Position numbers and translations under genes: made by a program
In this document: positions 39,937-52,398 of the stretch, one piece after another
Position numbering within the stretch: the first letter of the stretch is position 1
Layout of the letters: each line of letters opens with the position of its first letter
Origin: Podarcis liolepis
Taxonomy: Eukaryota
Length of the DNA: 64,000 nt
Direction: 5' to 3' (one strand)
NCBI GenBank assembly: GCA_965112155.1
Contig: OZ218103.1
The notes under the pieces: model-generated
Seen by the model: the letters and a program-made list of their open reading frames with translations, nothing else
What the model was told of the DNA's origin: nothing
The model's database searches: none

Positions 39937-42170
39937 TATATTGTTTTTCAGGGACAGCCAACAGTGCCCTCCACATGTTACAGACTACACTCCTCATCAT
40001 TCCTATTCTATAGCACCCAACTATAAGCTGTTTCTTGTGAAAAGCTCTGACAATGTTGGCCCAATTTGCACCAGCAATATTTTTGCCAAAATACCTTCCC
40101 CCATTCCTCAGTTTTGCTCAAAGTCACCCCAACTGAGCTAAAGACACCCATAAGACCTTTGGATTTCTTACCTAGTGTTTTCCAAATTACATTTTCCATA
40201 TATCCGCAGGCACAGATGTGGCTTTCAAAAGTATGACCAAGTTTTTAAAAAGTTATGTGAAAAGTAGCTCTTAAGAAGTAAAAAAGAAATGTAATAAAGC
40301 ACTCCTTTTGGTAACATCAGCTGAGCAAGCGGCCAAAAAGAAAAGCAATTCAGGCTTTGTACCGAGCCAACACATAACCAGTTGCAGACTGCAGTGAATC
40401 CTTACCACCACTAAAAATCATTGTGAATTTTGCTACTTTCCATAAGAACCAAGAAAGACAGAAAGGCTTTGCATTTTGAACTTTTGTTCAAACCCATTAA
40501 AACTGGATTCTGGTAAGAATCTAATTTTACTACCGAGAATATCTACGTATTTTGTGGAATGGTTTAATTGTACAACATGAGCAGCTGTTCACAGCATGAA
40601 GAAAACCAGAGGCTATAAATGGCTTGCATGGGGCCTAAGACTTAAAATTTCAACTTCTGAGATATCAATATTTCAAGAACAATGAAAACTTTTCATGGCT
40701 TCTAAATGATTGTTTTTAAAACAAAAACAAAAAAACTTGAACAGTTTTCACCAGGAGTCTCAAAGATGTTTTAAGGCACCATATGTAAGAGGGAGATTCA
40801 GTGTTGGGACAGAAATCTGTACGTTGGAGGAATCAGGCTTTTAGCGCAGCACCCTCCTATTAGGGCCTACTGAAAACCTTTCTTTTTCAGCAAGCCTTCT
40901 ATAAAGAAGTTCTTATCCCAGTCTGCATCTGAATTGGATTTGAAAATGCTTTATACTGTATATGTCTTTACTACATATTGATGTATTTTAATTATTAAAC
41001 ACTTCAGGGTGTTTTCATGGGAAGCAATTCATAAATAAATAAAAAATAAAATGCATAAAAATAAATTCCAAAATTGGTTGTAGGGCCTTCTCCCTTCTGA
41101 TACATCACCACTTCTTATGGATATACCTGAATATATTTCTCTTATTGCTGCTGTTGCAAAAAAAAAAATAAGGAATACACAGGGATCAAATACAGACAGT
41201 TCGTCACTTCTGGTCTCTTCCAGCATTTTCCCTTTCCCTATAAACAAAGTTAAGGACAAAAAAGGTTGACACTCTACTTCTCCTCCCCCCCCCCATTTTT
41301 CCTTTGGAGTGGTCCTCTGCCATGAATAGATTCAGTCACTGCTGCCAGAGCTTGCCATTCACAAGGGGTGAAAGTAACATTCTTCTGGCTCCTGCCTTCT
41401 GAATAGCTACAATTGAACCGGCCAATGTCAATCTGATGCAGTCACTACTTAAGAGAAGAGCGTTAGCAAGAGCACTTGATCAATCACTCAGTGTTCTAAT
41501 AAGCAAAACAGATTCTTTTCGTTCCCCTGGTGAGGGGTGAAATAAAGTTGCATCACTGCAAACATATTAATTGATTTCAATGGAACTTTCTCTTCGGTAT
41601 GCATGCTTAGAATTGCAACCTGTGATCCCCAGATTCTCAGACACAGTTATTTCTAGTTGTTGGGGAAGGTGAGGAAGAGAGATTAATAATAATAAATTGC
41701 CTGGGAGCCTAAGTGGAAATCTATTTAATTTCAAATGGAACTCACTTGCCTTAACTGTAGAGTTGCTCCCATGGCACAATCAGCTCCCATGGCAAAATGC
41801 ACCAGGAAGGAAGGTTTTCTTAACTGCATCCTGCCCCCAATCCTTTATCACTATCTGTCTCTCTAATAGGGAACTCAGCTGGGGAGTGTTGTAGCCCAAA
41901 GACTATGAGAAACAAGAGACAGATAAAAAAAAATGCTCGGGGGAACCAAACAGTCTGCAGGAATACAGAAGTATTTAGTAAAAGAAAGTAAGTCTAGGGG
42001 GGAAATTGGGACAACATTTCCCCCCCCCCCCAAAAAAAGCATCCCAAAGAGAAATGAGCATGCTCAGTAGCCACAGAATATCTGAGGAAGGGGTGGAATA
42101 GATGTTTTGGAAGAGGGCATGGTGAACTGAAACAAGTAGAATTTACTCTGCAACATTTTGTTACTTGTAA

Positions 42171-42306
42171 CAGGCATCCTCAAACTCGGCCCTCCAGTGG
42201 TTCTGTGACTACAATTCCCATCATCCCTGACCACTGGCCCTATTAGCTAGGGATGGTGGGAGTTGTAGTCCCAAAACAGCTGGAGGGCCGAGTTTGGGGG
42301 TGCCTG
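42171..42306. mobile_element. Palindromic (fold-back) hAT-like MITE, the best copy of an abundant family
   Basis: CAGGCATCCTCAAACTCGGCCCTCCAG...CTGGAGGGCCGAGTTTGGGGGTGCCTG, near-perfect self-complement with ACTACAATTCCCATCATCCCT cores. Other approximate copies: 1470-1709, 11250-11340, 20515-20590, 27216-27330, 32716-32830, 38512-38647, 51398-51497, 52427-52561, 57247-57412. Confidence 0.8.
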
Positions 42307-42848
42307 AATAATATCTAGCAGGGTGGGGAAAGCTAAGGGGGCATAACCCTTTAATCTGGAATTATTACTACTTCCTTGGTCATGAACTGAAAGCCAGTAA
42401 TGTAGATTAGCATCACCTACCCAAACATACATGCATGTAGGGAGGACTATTATCCTTAAAATCTCCCCATTACTCAATTTACAGCTGTAATCTAGGCCAC
42501 ATGCGCTCTATTCATTTAACACAGGGAACTCTGAGAAGTGTACCTCTGTAAAAGGAAGAAGGGTCTCTGCTAAGGGTTCTGAGAATTGTTCAAAGTACAA
42601 TTCCCAGGAGAAGCCAGGACTGTTAAAGTGGTATGATGCCGCTTTTAAATGTGGTCTAAAACACACTTAGTAGAGAGAAAGGGATTCACCTCTGAGTAAA
42701 CATGCAAAGGAATGCACTGTAAATGTGTGCCAGTAGTTCAAAGAAGCACAGATGGAACAGCTCTAAAGTTACTGAGGCAGCACTGTGTATAGGTGGAGTA
42801 GTGAACTTCAGCATACAGAATATGGCAATGGCTCCTCTACTCCATATA

Positions 42849-43090
42849 CAGTGGTACCTTGGGTTAAGTACTTAATTTGTTCCGGAGGTCCATACATAAC
42901 CTGAAACTGTTCTTAACCTGAAGCATCACTTTAGCTAATGGGGCCTCCTGCTGCCGCCGCACCACCGGAGCACGATTTCTGTTCTTATCCTGAAGCAAAG
43001 TTCTTAACCTAAAGCACTATTTCTAGGTTAGCAGAGTGTGTAACCTGAAGCGTATGTAACCTGAAGCGTATGTAACCCAAGGTACCACTG
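42849..43090 (-). mobile_element. Tc1/mariner MITE, same family as 11013-11240, opposite orientation
   Basis: TIR CAGTGGTACCTTGGGTTA and TA TSD; its reverse complement aligns by eye along the full length of the 11013 copy. Confidence 0.88.
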
Positions 43091-44390
43091 TAAATCCCCA
43101 CCCCAATATACTGCTCATTGCAACACTTTCCTTGGACTAATAATCTAACTTGCAAACTGGACTTCACTAAGTATAACTAAGATGGTACCAACAGACACCT
43201 CAGATATATAGAAAGTATTTCCTCATAAAAGAGAAAGTGAAGAATATACAAACTCTTAACCATCTTGCAGGGAAGCTAGCAGGAAATAAAGACATTGACA
43301 CATTTATAGTCCTTCCAGTTGCTGTGAAGAAAGAACTTAAGGAAAGGGACACTACAATTCCGGGGCAGGTTGACAGTTGAAAGACAGCAAAGAATTTCAG
43401 AGGGTTTTGCATCCCCTGAACATCAGGCCTGAATACTGCTCTCCACCTTATTCCGTGGAATGAGAGATGCTTACCATGCTGTATAGCAGACAAGAAAACA
43501 TCATTGTGTGTTCTGCACATGACCGAGAACCCATCCCAGATTCCCCTTTGTGTATAATGCACGCATCACCAGCTCCCTCAGGCACATACATCACAACCTT
43601 GAAGGCAAAGCCGTGGCGCACCTCACCAGATCACAGCACAGTAGGCAGCTTAGAACCACACTCTGACGAACACAATTCACAGGCATAAGGACAAGTGGGA
43701 GTCAAATACACCAGCCTGCTACACCAATCCGGGGAACAATGCAAGACAAAAGGGGCCTGCACACGATTCGCCGAATGCAAAGATAAAGAGGGGGGAAAGG
43801 ACAATGCATGCACAGCTGCTTTTAAGCCAGCGCATAAACGAACGGCATGCTTGGGGTTTGCTCCCGTGCACTTGCAAGCAGCTCACAAAGCACGGCGCAA
43901 TCACACAATGCAGCCACCTCCCTCCGACGCAGAACCCAGAGTACGGCAAAGCCCTGGGACGACCCTCGCTCGCTTTTTCTGCCAGATCGAGGAGAAACCC
44001 CACCAGGCGCCCCGCCCACCCGCCGGGTGCTCGGCAGACAGAAGGTCCCTGCAGATCGGGGTCACGAAGAGAGCGCAACGCCCTTTGCGATAACACGCGA
44101 GCGCACAATGCTCCCCGCCCCCGGGCAACGCGGGGCACCCGAGGACCGAGAGGGTGTGACTCCTGGCAGGACCAGGGCCAGCCCGGAGCGCGCAGCAGCA
44201 GCACCCGCCGGGCGAGCCCTTCCCCGCCCCAAGAGCACCCCGGCCACCCGCAGGCTGCCTCGGGGAGAGGCGCACGGAGACAGGCGGCATCTTAGGCCCC
44301 TGGCGCTTCGCCTGCAGAGCCCAAGTGGCAGCTCCTCCGGCAGCAAAGCCCGCGGGGCCCGCAGCTTGGTCTGCGCGCCGCCCGCCTTAC

Positions 44391-44428
44391 CTGCTGATCT
44401 TCTGCGCGAAGGCGCGGCGCTCGGCCAT
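44391..44428 (-). CDS. DOCK7: DOCK7 coding exon 1 (MAERRAFAQKIS-R, 38 nt)
   Basis: Strong Kozak accATGg at 44428 inside the CpG island; donor AG|GTAAGG at 44390. Confidence 0.96.
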
Positions 44429-44472
44429 GGTTGCTCAGGATCGACAAAAGCAAAAGCGCTTCCAGCTTCCCT

Positions 44473-44496
44473 CGCCGCCGCCGCCGCCGCCGCCGC
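44473..44496. repeat. (CGC)8 trinucleotide repeat, read as CGG-type in the DOCK7 5' UTR
   Basis: Direct reading: cgccgccgccgccgccgccgccgc, about 45 nt upstream of the DOCK7 ATG. Confidence 0.9.
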
Positions 44497-47400
44497 TGGA
44501 GAACAAGTCAAAGGAGCCAGGAATGGGCGCCGTAATGCTCAGGAGCGCCGCGCAGCCACACGGCGTTGCGCGTCCCCGCCCGCCGGTGCAAGGCCTCCCT
44601 TTCCAAGGGAAAAAAGGAGAATGCGCCTCTCGTCGCGTATATATGGCCCGGCCAAGGCAAACGGGAGGAGGAGAGGCTGAGGAGGGGTGGTCCCGCTCGC
44701 CCCCAAATCTCTCGCGGGCGGGGGAGGGGCTGGGATCCGGGCTCATCCCGCCTCGCGGAGGGGACGAGTCATCGAGGGGAAGGGAGGGCGCGCCTCCGCC
44801 CAGCTCCAGGGAAAGAGATGGGGCAAAGGGCGGGGGCAGAGCCGTGATTCCACTTCCCAAAGCTGGGAGCCTCCCTCTTGAATTCCTGACCGGGCTTTCG
44901 GGCTCCTGCTCCGCCCACAAGGAAGACGGAGGGAGGAAGAGATGCAGGTTTGTGGGGTTGTGGGAACCCGCGTCCGAAAAGAACCTGCGGAGGCGTGGAA
45001 GGAGGATTGAGGGGGGATCCTATCATCTTCTCGCCGTCGCCCGTCATTAAAACTGAAATGGTTGGTGCCTGGCGAGTCTTGTGTTATTTTTCCTAGTTGC
45101 ACGCTATCTCAGGTTTGGGGGTTTTAAGGCTGGAAACTTTAAAACAAGCAGGAATACTGAAGTTTCGTTGGTTGGTTTTTCGCCACTTTCTAAGCTGCGC
45201 CTCTTTTCGGAAGCGGCTTTGGTTTTGTGTCATAAGGGCGAGTGCTGCATAATCATAATACAGAGGGGGGAATTACCACGACGCACACTTCAAAATACCC
45301 TTCCCAGTTCCCTCTGCCACTTCCCCTTTCTCCGTAGCTTTGCTATTGACCCCACTTATGATAAACTTCTACTTGTTATTCCTGACTTTTCCCAAACCAC
45401 CCACCGCCTCTTCCTTACATGAAATCGTAGAGTTGGAAGGGGCCACTAGGGTCATCTAGTCCAACCCCCTAGCTCTCTTTCCTCGCCCGACTTTTCATGC
45501 TTTTCAAGCTTAGCCTACCATCGCTGAGGACCACGTGAAGTGTTTGGTTACCATTACAGTACCTCTTTGCAGCCTCCCTTCAGTGACTGAAGTCTGATAG
45601 AACAGAAAGTGAAAGGGCTCTCTTCTTTATTCCACCGTGGTATTAACTGCCTTCACATCCTTGCTTTCTCCAGAAAGCTGCCCTAGATAACAGAGAAGTT
45701 ATTGTTATTAAGGTTATATATTTATATTCTACCTTTCTTCCATTATGGAGCTCAAGGTGGTGTACATTGGGTTCCCAGGCAATTTCCGGTGCAAGCACTG
45801 ATCAGACCCAGGCCTGATTGGGGTCATTTTATTTTAGAATTATGTGATTTGAAGGGGGGAAACAGCCTTTAGGTTCCACCATAAATAGGACTAACAAATA
45901 CATGCTCTTCTTCATCACTATAAGGGAGAAAAAGGAAAACGGTAGGGGTTGTCCTGTCCCCAAAAATCAATGCAAAGGAATTATCACATTTACTGTCTAT
46001 AAATCAGTGGTACAGTTAGGGAATTTGGCCTTAATGTTCTTTATGGGTCCTTCTCTGGTAACACTTACTTTACAGTGTGGTAAGCCAGCCATTTGGGAAC
46101 CCCTTGCTTCCAGCTGTGCAGAAGGGGAGACAGGCGAGTACACTTGCACTGGACCTTGGAGGGCTAAGCCAGCTGGGGGCCTTGCCAAGGACTGGATGCT
46201 TTTTTGAGTTTATCACTTGAGTCCAACAGGACTCCCACCCTCAGCATCAGACAAGCTCTGTACAGGCCTGCCCTGCTCATTCTGCTATGTTGGGGCCCTG
46301 TACATGTGTCCCAAAGTTCTGCCCTGGTTGGCAGCATCACTGGCATTATCTGAAATGTCAGAGAGCCCACTCCACTGAAACCACAGAAATTCAGTAGCTG
46401 CCAGCATGGGCATAGCCAAGGGGAGAGCCTTCTGCCAACCTCGCAGTTGGAAAGCATGCCAGTGCAAGTAGATATATAGGTAAAACAATAGAAATACTTA
46501 AGTAACTGAACAATCAAGTCAGTTCTGCCCCCCCTAACAAAAGTCCTGCCCACCCCCCATGGCTGCCACATACAAGGCTCAGGATATCCCTGGAAGTTTA
46601 GAATGGTCCTACAGTTTAAAAGGATGGCAAGTAGCTTCGCAGAACAGCAGAAGTGCCTTGTCTTGAATTTTGAGGAGTATCTGGAATTGGTCACCGCAAG
46701 AGAGATGGTTATTGCCTGATCTTACATTATCTGGACAAACAACTGCAAAACTAGTATTCCTATATGTGACTTGTACGATTTGTTCAGCTTGTATAAGGTA
46801 GCTAGAGGTGCTTCTGATTGTAAAACAGAAGGTTACAATCTGCAGAAAACAACAGATGTTTATTCCATAATGTTATTCCACTATATGAAGTCCATATAAT
46901 AAACGCTAGGTCTCTGCAGTGTTACTTAGTTTATATATTTGATCTGGTAACAAATTTAAACTTTTTTTCATTAATTGTTAATTACTATTTCATATTCACA
47001 TTGAAATATCTCACATTTAAAATGTCAGTGCTCAGTTTTCATTAATAAATTGCTTTGAAATGTTGCTTATCTCATTCCCTCTGCTTTGTCATATCCTGTC
47101 TTTATTGCTGGGTTTCAGTCCTGCTTTGATTTGACTTGGTATTAACAGCACACACTGAATAATTCCATTAAAGCAGACAGTATTTCACATGGGGATAAAT
47201 GTCTGAAAAATCAAATTGCTAAAATATGTGGAGTTAGGGACAGGGCTGCCTTCGTTATTTGCTAGTATGAAGCACATATGATTTCAGTACTGTAATGCTG
47301 CCAACAATAAAACAAAAAACAGCTATTTCATGCAACACTGCAGTGACTCATTAACGTTGTGTTTATCAAGTATTTTGTCATACTTTGCTATGTATATATG

Positions 47401-48494
47401 AGTGTGCTGTCCCCACTCTGGGATCTTCTAAATAACCAATACTTTGGCCCATGTGGCCCATGTGAAAACTTAAAAGGCTAACCTTTTTTTTCCTTAGGGA
47501 AGTGAAACAAAATTATGCTGTCAGCAGAAAAAATGTGTATTGTTTGTGTAAGTGATCATAGGGTACAAAAATTAATAATCCACAGTCCTCATTTCTAACA
47601 AGCTCTTCTGAGACCTGGTCTGCAACAGCCCTGTTTTCAGTCTATTGACTGCCAGATGATTTAGACTACAATCCTAAACACGTCTATATACTCCTGGGAG
47701 AATTGATAAACTCAATGGGACTTTTGTTGTATAGGATTGCACTGTTTAGACTACAGTGCAGAATTTGAGGCCCAATGTAACATCCAACTAAGGTGTTATG
47801 TTAGTGACAAATTCCAGAAGCTAGCACTATCAGCATGAATTTAGCATAACAGATTCACACAAAGCCTCTTCCAGTAAATTTGAACCAAATAGGTATGTTG
47901 GCCAAAGTCTTGTTATAATATATTTTAAGGTGTTCAGGTCGTAACTCACCATATCTGAGAGCTAACATTTTAAAATAAATGTTATATCTTGGAAAAGCAG
48001 ACTAAACAAAGACGTAGTGGGCAAGATGTAAACTTCTATGCTCACACTGAAACATTCCCTGTTTTCTTTTCTGTCCTTGTTTTCCTCCCATCTTTAAAAA
48101 CAATCCCTTCATCTGAAATATATGAATAGGAATAAGATATATGCAACTCAGGCCCAGTTTCTTTATACACTGTCTGCAGTGGTTTTCTGAAGAGCTCAGA
48201 AGTCTACTTTGCAGGGTTTTTAGTGTGGCTGCCACTATTTTGTGGAACGGTATTCCTGTCAAGATATGATAGGCACTCAATATCTGCACTTTCCTGAAAC
48301 AATTGAAGACATTTTTGTTTCAACCACATTTCCCAGCTGGATAAATAGGCATTTTGCAAGGGTCTACTTTGTACAGTTTAGGCTTGTTTCAAGTGTATTT
48401 ATTCTTTATGTATTTTTAACAACTTTTAATTACCTTCAGTGTAAATTGCCTTGAGACGGTTGTTTAGAAGGTGACCAATAAATTATTGTTGTTA

Positions 48495-48575
48495 AGGGCA
48501 CATTTACCTGGGAGTAGGTCTCATTGAACCCAGTGGGACTTACTTCTGAGTAGACCTGCTTGTAATTGCACTGTA
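48495..48575. repeat. Short palindromic interspersed repeat (TTACCTGGGAGTAGGTCTCATTGAA...GGGACTTACTTCTGAGTAGAC); other copies ~29358-29445, ~47665-47745, ~56085-56172, ~42660-42720
   Basis: Recurring ~90-bp self-complementary unit; probably a MITE. Confidence 0.55.
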
Positions 48576-50840
48576 GCTGTGAAATCAACACTCACTCAGG
48601 TGAGTTGTGTTTTAAAATTGCAGCCTAATCTTGCAACTTGTATGTAAATGTAGCTAGTGTCGTATTCATATGTTTGCAGTATATAACAATCACAGTAGTT
48701 AAGGAAGAAGAAATTGGTAAATTATTTTTTATGCTTTTAAAATCAAATTACAAAATGTATCAGGCATAATATAATTTTAATACTGCATGCTGAGCACATG
48801 GTGAACAATTACATTTCTAGAAGGAAACTATTAATAGTAATATGGGAAGTGCCCAGAATAGGCACTATTAATTAACCTGACTCTTTCTGCTTTTTAAAAA
48901 AACCATCTTATTTCTATTTCTAGCCTTCTGAGACTGTAATCTAAATGTATTCATTTTCACCCTCTGTGGAGAAGACAGTTTAATGGAATTGTACATTATT
49001 ACTTTACTTACAAGCAGATTGCCTTGGCTTCCTTTTCTAGTCATCTAACTATTCTGGCCTTCCTAAGAACCTGAATAGCCACACAGTCTGTTTTCAGTGC
49101 TATGACTCAGCCCTGAGAATGTGAAGAGTAACTTTGAGCATGTCCAAAAAAATCCTGTATCTTAACCTGCGTAACCTCAAGCAATGCCTACATCTGGGAT
49201 TGTAAGAGCACTTGGAGTCACAAGAGGTTATTTACACAGGAGTGCTACCTTTGATGCCCCTCACTGCAGAAATTATGCAGTGCCTAACGCTTTCCCTGTT
49301 GCATTTGTCCCCCATCTTGCTTTATCATCTGTGATCTTGGTTTCTAAGGATGAAGATAGATATTGTAAAGTCTGATGGAAGTGGCTTGAACACCCATGTG
49401 CTGCATGCTGAGGCATTTGTTTCCAGGGCAGGGAATGTTCATTCCTTATTCATTGCATTTATGGTGTGTCTGTCTTCACTCTGTCCTGACTTCCTGGACA
49501 GGCTAATTGCTTGTTTCACGAGTTTAAAACTACAGAATGACCTACCAGACCTGATGCATGTCTTGGTCTTCAATTTGCACTTGCTTACCTGCTAGACTTC
49601 TGATGGTTTGCTCAACCTGTTATGTGGGTGAGTGACATTGAAACATTGCCTTCGTTCTTGGCCTGGAACCCCCAGACAAGCAAAATCAAGTGTGTATATC
49701 AGTTTTAAATGCAACACATCTCAATAAATCCTGAAGTTGGTGAGTAACATTCATGAGTTGAGGATCTAATAACAATATGACCCTGGCACATGCTGCATTG
49801 GAAAAATGCACAGAGAAGTCTCAGGATAAAGCTACCTTTTATTTTTATTTTTTAAAAAATGTTACGAGCACTAAAAATCATTTTTGCAAATTACAATGTA
49901 GAGAAATGCTGAGAATCATGGGCAGTAACAAATAGTCTCAGCTTTCTTATCCGATACATGATGAAAACAGCATAAAGAAGTGTATATCAGCCTCTAAAGT
50001 ACAGAATTTGAATACCTTTTAAATTCTTGCTACTACTGCTCATACTGCTACTACTTCTACTTGTTTACCCAGTGTTCCACAATGTAGATTGAAGGACCTT
50101 CTCTATACAACTACTGTAAAAAGCTAAATAAAATCTTTCACCTCACTGAATCTCAACAAGCAAATGGGGAGGGGGGAGTATTTCAGGTTACATTTTCCAA
50201 TATAGCTGCAGCTCAGTAACAAGCTACTACATCTGTGCCAATGAACTTAAATCATAACAGATGGATGAGGCTAGTAGAAATGTATACATGACCTTGTAAG
50301 GAAGACCAACAGATATCACAGACTGTCTGACTCAATTTTTTTCAGTGCATGGAACATTAACCAAAGGAAGTGAAGGAAAAACTGAATTAGTATATGAAAA
50401 GGGCCAGAGTTGCCTCCCTGCTCCTCATACGCTTCAAATAACACTATCCACTAAAATTCACATGAACAACAAATCTTGTGTCTCTAGTGCTGACAGGCAG
50501 CATTTCTGAGAGCCATAAAGTCCCACATACTTGCCCCACTGTGATTCCCCAGCTACATTCAACCTGCTTTCTAACCATACTCTCTTCCTTATAAAACCTG
50601 CTTATCTGCATATGTTTAATTATTTACAGAATTCTTATCTACTATAGCATCAAGTTAATTAGTCCTAAATAATTATTGTTCTGCATTGCTCAAAAAAGGC
50701 TGCTATTAGAGCATTTGTCATGTAGGCCCTGTATCACCCAGACTCCTCTTTTTGCTTTATCACTGCATCACTCAGGTACTCTTTTGCATTTCCTCTTAAA
50801 GACAATATTTACATAATGGGGGCATATGACAATTAACCTA

Positions 50841-51377
50841 CCGTATTTTTTAATGTATTGGACAAGGTTTTTTACTCAAAAATCATGTCAAAAAAGGGGG
50901 TCATCCAATACACAGATGGTGGCATGGGGTGGGGGAGAAGCGGGGGGCTGCCAGCCATGTGGTTGGCGGGAGTGCAGCTTCCCCCGATGCTGCAGCGAGC
51001 GGGGAGCGATCTGGGGGGTGTTCCCTGTGCACAGCTGTGTGGAAGGGAGAAGCTGTATGCTGCCAGCCAGCTCATTGGCAGGAATGCAACTTCCCCGGAT
51101 GCCGCTGCTCTAGGGGGGCACTCCCTGGGTTTTTTCCCGCATGCGCCAGCATCAGGGGAGGTTGCACTCCTGCCCACCGGATGGCTGGCAGAAGCACAAA
51201 TTCCCCCAATGTCGCTGCGTGCGGGGAAACGATCTAGGGAATGTTTCCTGTCCACAGCTGCCTGGGGAGAGAGGCTCAACAACTTTGGGCCATCTCCCCT
51301 AATTTTCTTAAATTTTTATCCCCCAAAATAGGGGGGAGTCTTATACATGGGGGCATCCTATAGACGGAAAAATATGA
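50841..51377. mobile_element. Tc2/pogo-like non-autonomous element with GC-rich internal repeats
   Basis: TA|CCGTATTTTT left end and degenerate ...TAGACGGAAAAATATG right end; internal ~70-90 bp units in both orientations. Confidence 0.7.
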
Positions 51378-52083
51378 GATATTATGTGGTGTCTCTGGCA
51401 GGAAACCTGTGGGCCTTCAGATGTTGCTGGACTCCAGTTCCCATTATCCCTGAGCACTGGCCATACAGACTGAGGCTGATGGGAGCTGGGAGTCGCACAA
51501 ATAGGGTGGATTAGAAAACTACATATCTCAGTTGGCAAAGCCCAGGATAAAGAGATGCATATTCTCCATTTGATGGAAAACTATATAATGAAGAAGATGC
51601 CAGGCACACCTCTGGGTGGGTGGGAGAATTAATCCTCCTCAATGGAGAGGGAGAGAGGATCAAGGGAAAGCACATGTATACACGAATGCTATTTATTAAT
51701 TTCATTTAAATACTGCTTTATAGAACTTTTCTGAAGTAAGAGCTTCATTGGCTTCCAGCAACTTCCTATTTGGCTCCGCAGAATTCTAGACAAAACTGTG
51801 ACTTAGTATTGCTCCTTTTGTTTTCCCATTTCCTCATGTACAGGAAGCTTCTAAACAATTGACTTCTGGCCATTAGCTTCCTATGAGGTTAGTTGTTAAT
51901 ATGAACGTTTATTATATCTGTCACTATCTGGAAATTGAGGAAATGGCTTGCAGCTAATGATCTACGCTTTGGGAGAGACAGAATTTAATATCAAGGTGTG
52001 TGTATTTCTTTGTGCATGTGTATGCAGGTGCATGCATGTATATGCTTATTAAATACAGGGAGCACTGCTAGGACATCTAGTTA

Positions 52084-52398
52084 TAGGACCAGCCCAAGAC
52101 ATTTTGACACCTGAGGCGAACCACAAAATGGTGCCTCCACACCAAGGAAGAAAATCTATATTGGGAACAAGGGAGAGAGGAGACCAGTAGCTCCTCCTAT
52201 TTGCCAAGAGGGTGCTGCAGAGATGCCACTGCAAGGGGCTGCTGAGATGGCAGATCCAGCCTCCAAGGAGTGCACAACAGCTCTTGCCACCACCACGGCA
52301 GCAGGTGATGCATTCCTTGGAGGCCGGATCTGCTGCCCCTGTGGTTCCTGCCACCTGAGGTGGTAGCCCCACCTTGCCTCATGAATGGGCCGTCTCTG
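52084..52398. mobile_element. Degenerate hAT-like MITE
   Basis: Ends resemble (C)AGGGCCGGCCC...GGGCCGGCCCTG TIRs; GC-rich interior. Confidence 0.45.

Larger units (their letters stand above)
43900..45050. promoter_or_regulatory. CpG island / DOCK7 promoter and exon 1 region
   Basis: Dense CpG and very high GC; GC boxes (GGGCGGGG near 44716 and 44828); a TATATA stretch near 44638-44643; no upstream ATG on the - strand between 44429 and 44640. Confidence 0.9.

Noticed and set aside
43695-45102. Many long overlapping ORFs (up to 277 aa) on both strands
   Set aside because: These result from stop-codon scarcity in the CpG island. The translations are low-complexity Ala/Arg/Pro/Gly with no domain, and only the 38-nt DOCK7 exon 1 is supported.
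46164-46694. 176-aa ORF in the intergenic spacer
   Set aside because: Non-ATG start, no recognisable domain or splice context, and it overlaps probable DNA-transposon remnants.
50826-51331. ORFs of 95-157 aa suggesting a transposase or small gene
   Set aside because: They lie in the GC-rich internal repeats of a non-autonomous element, with no DDE or HTH motif.
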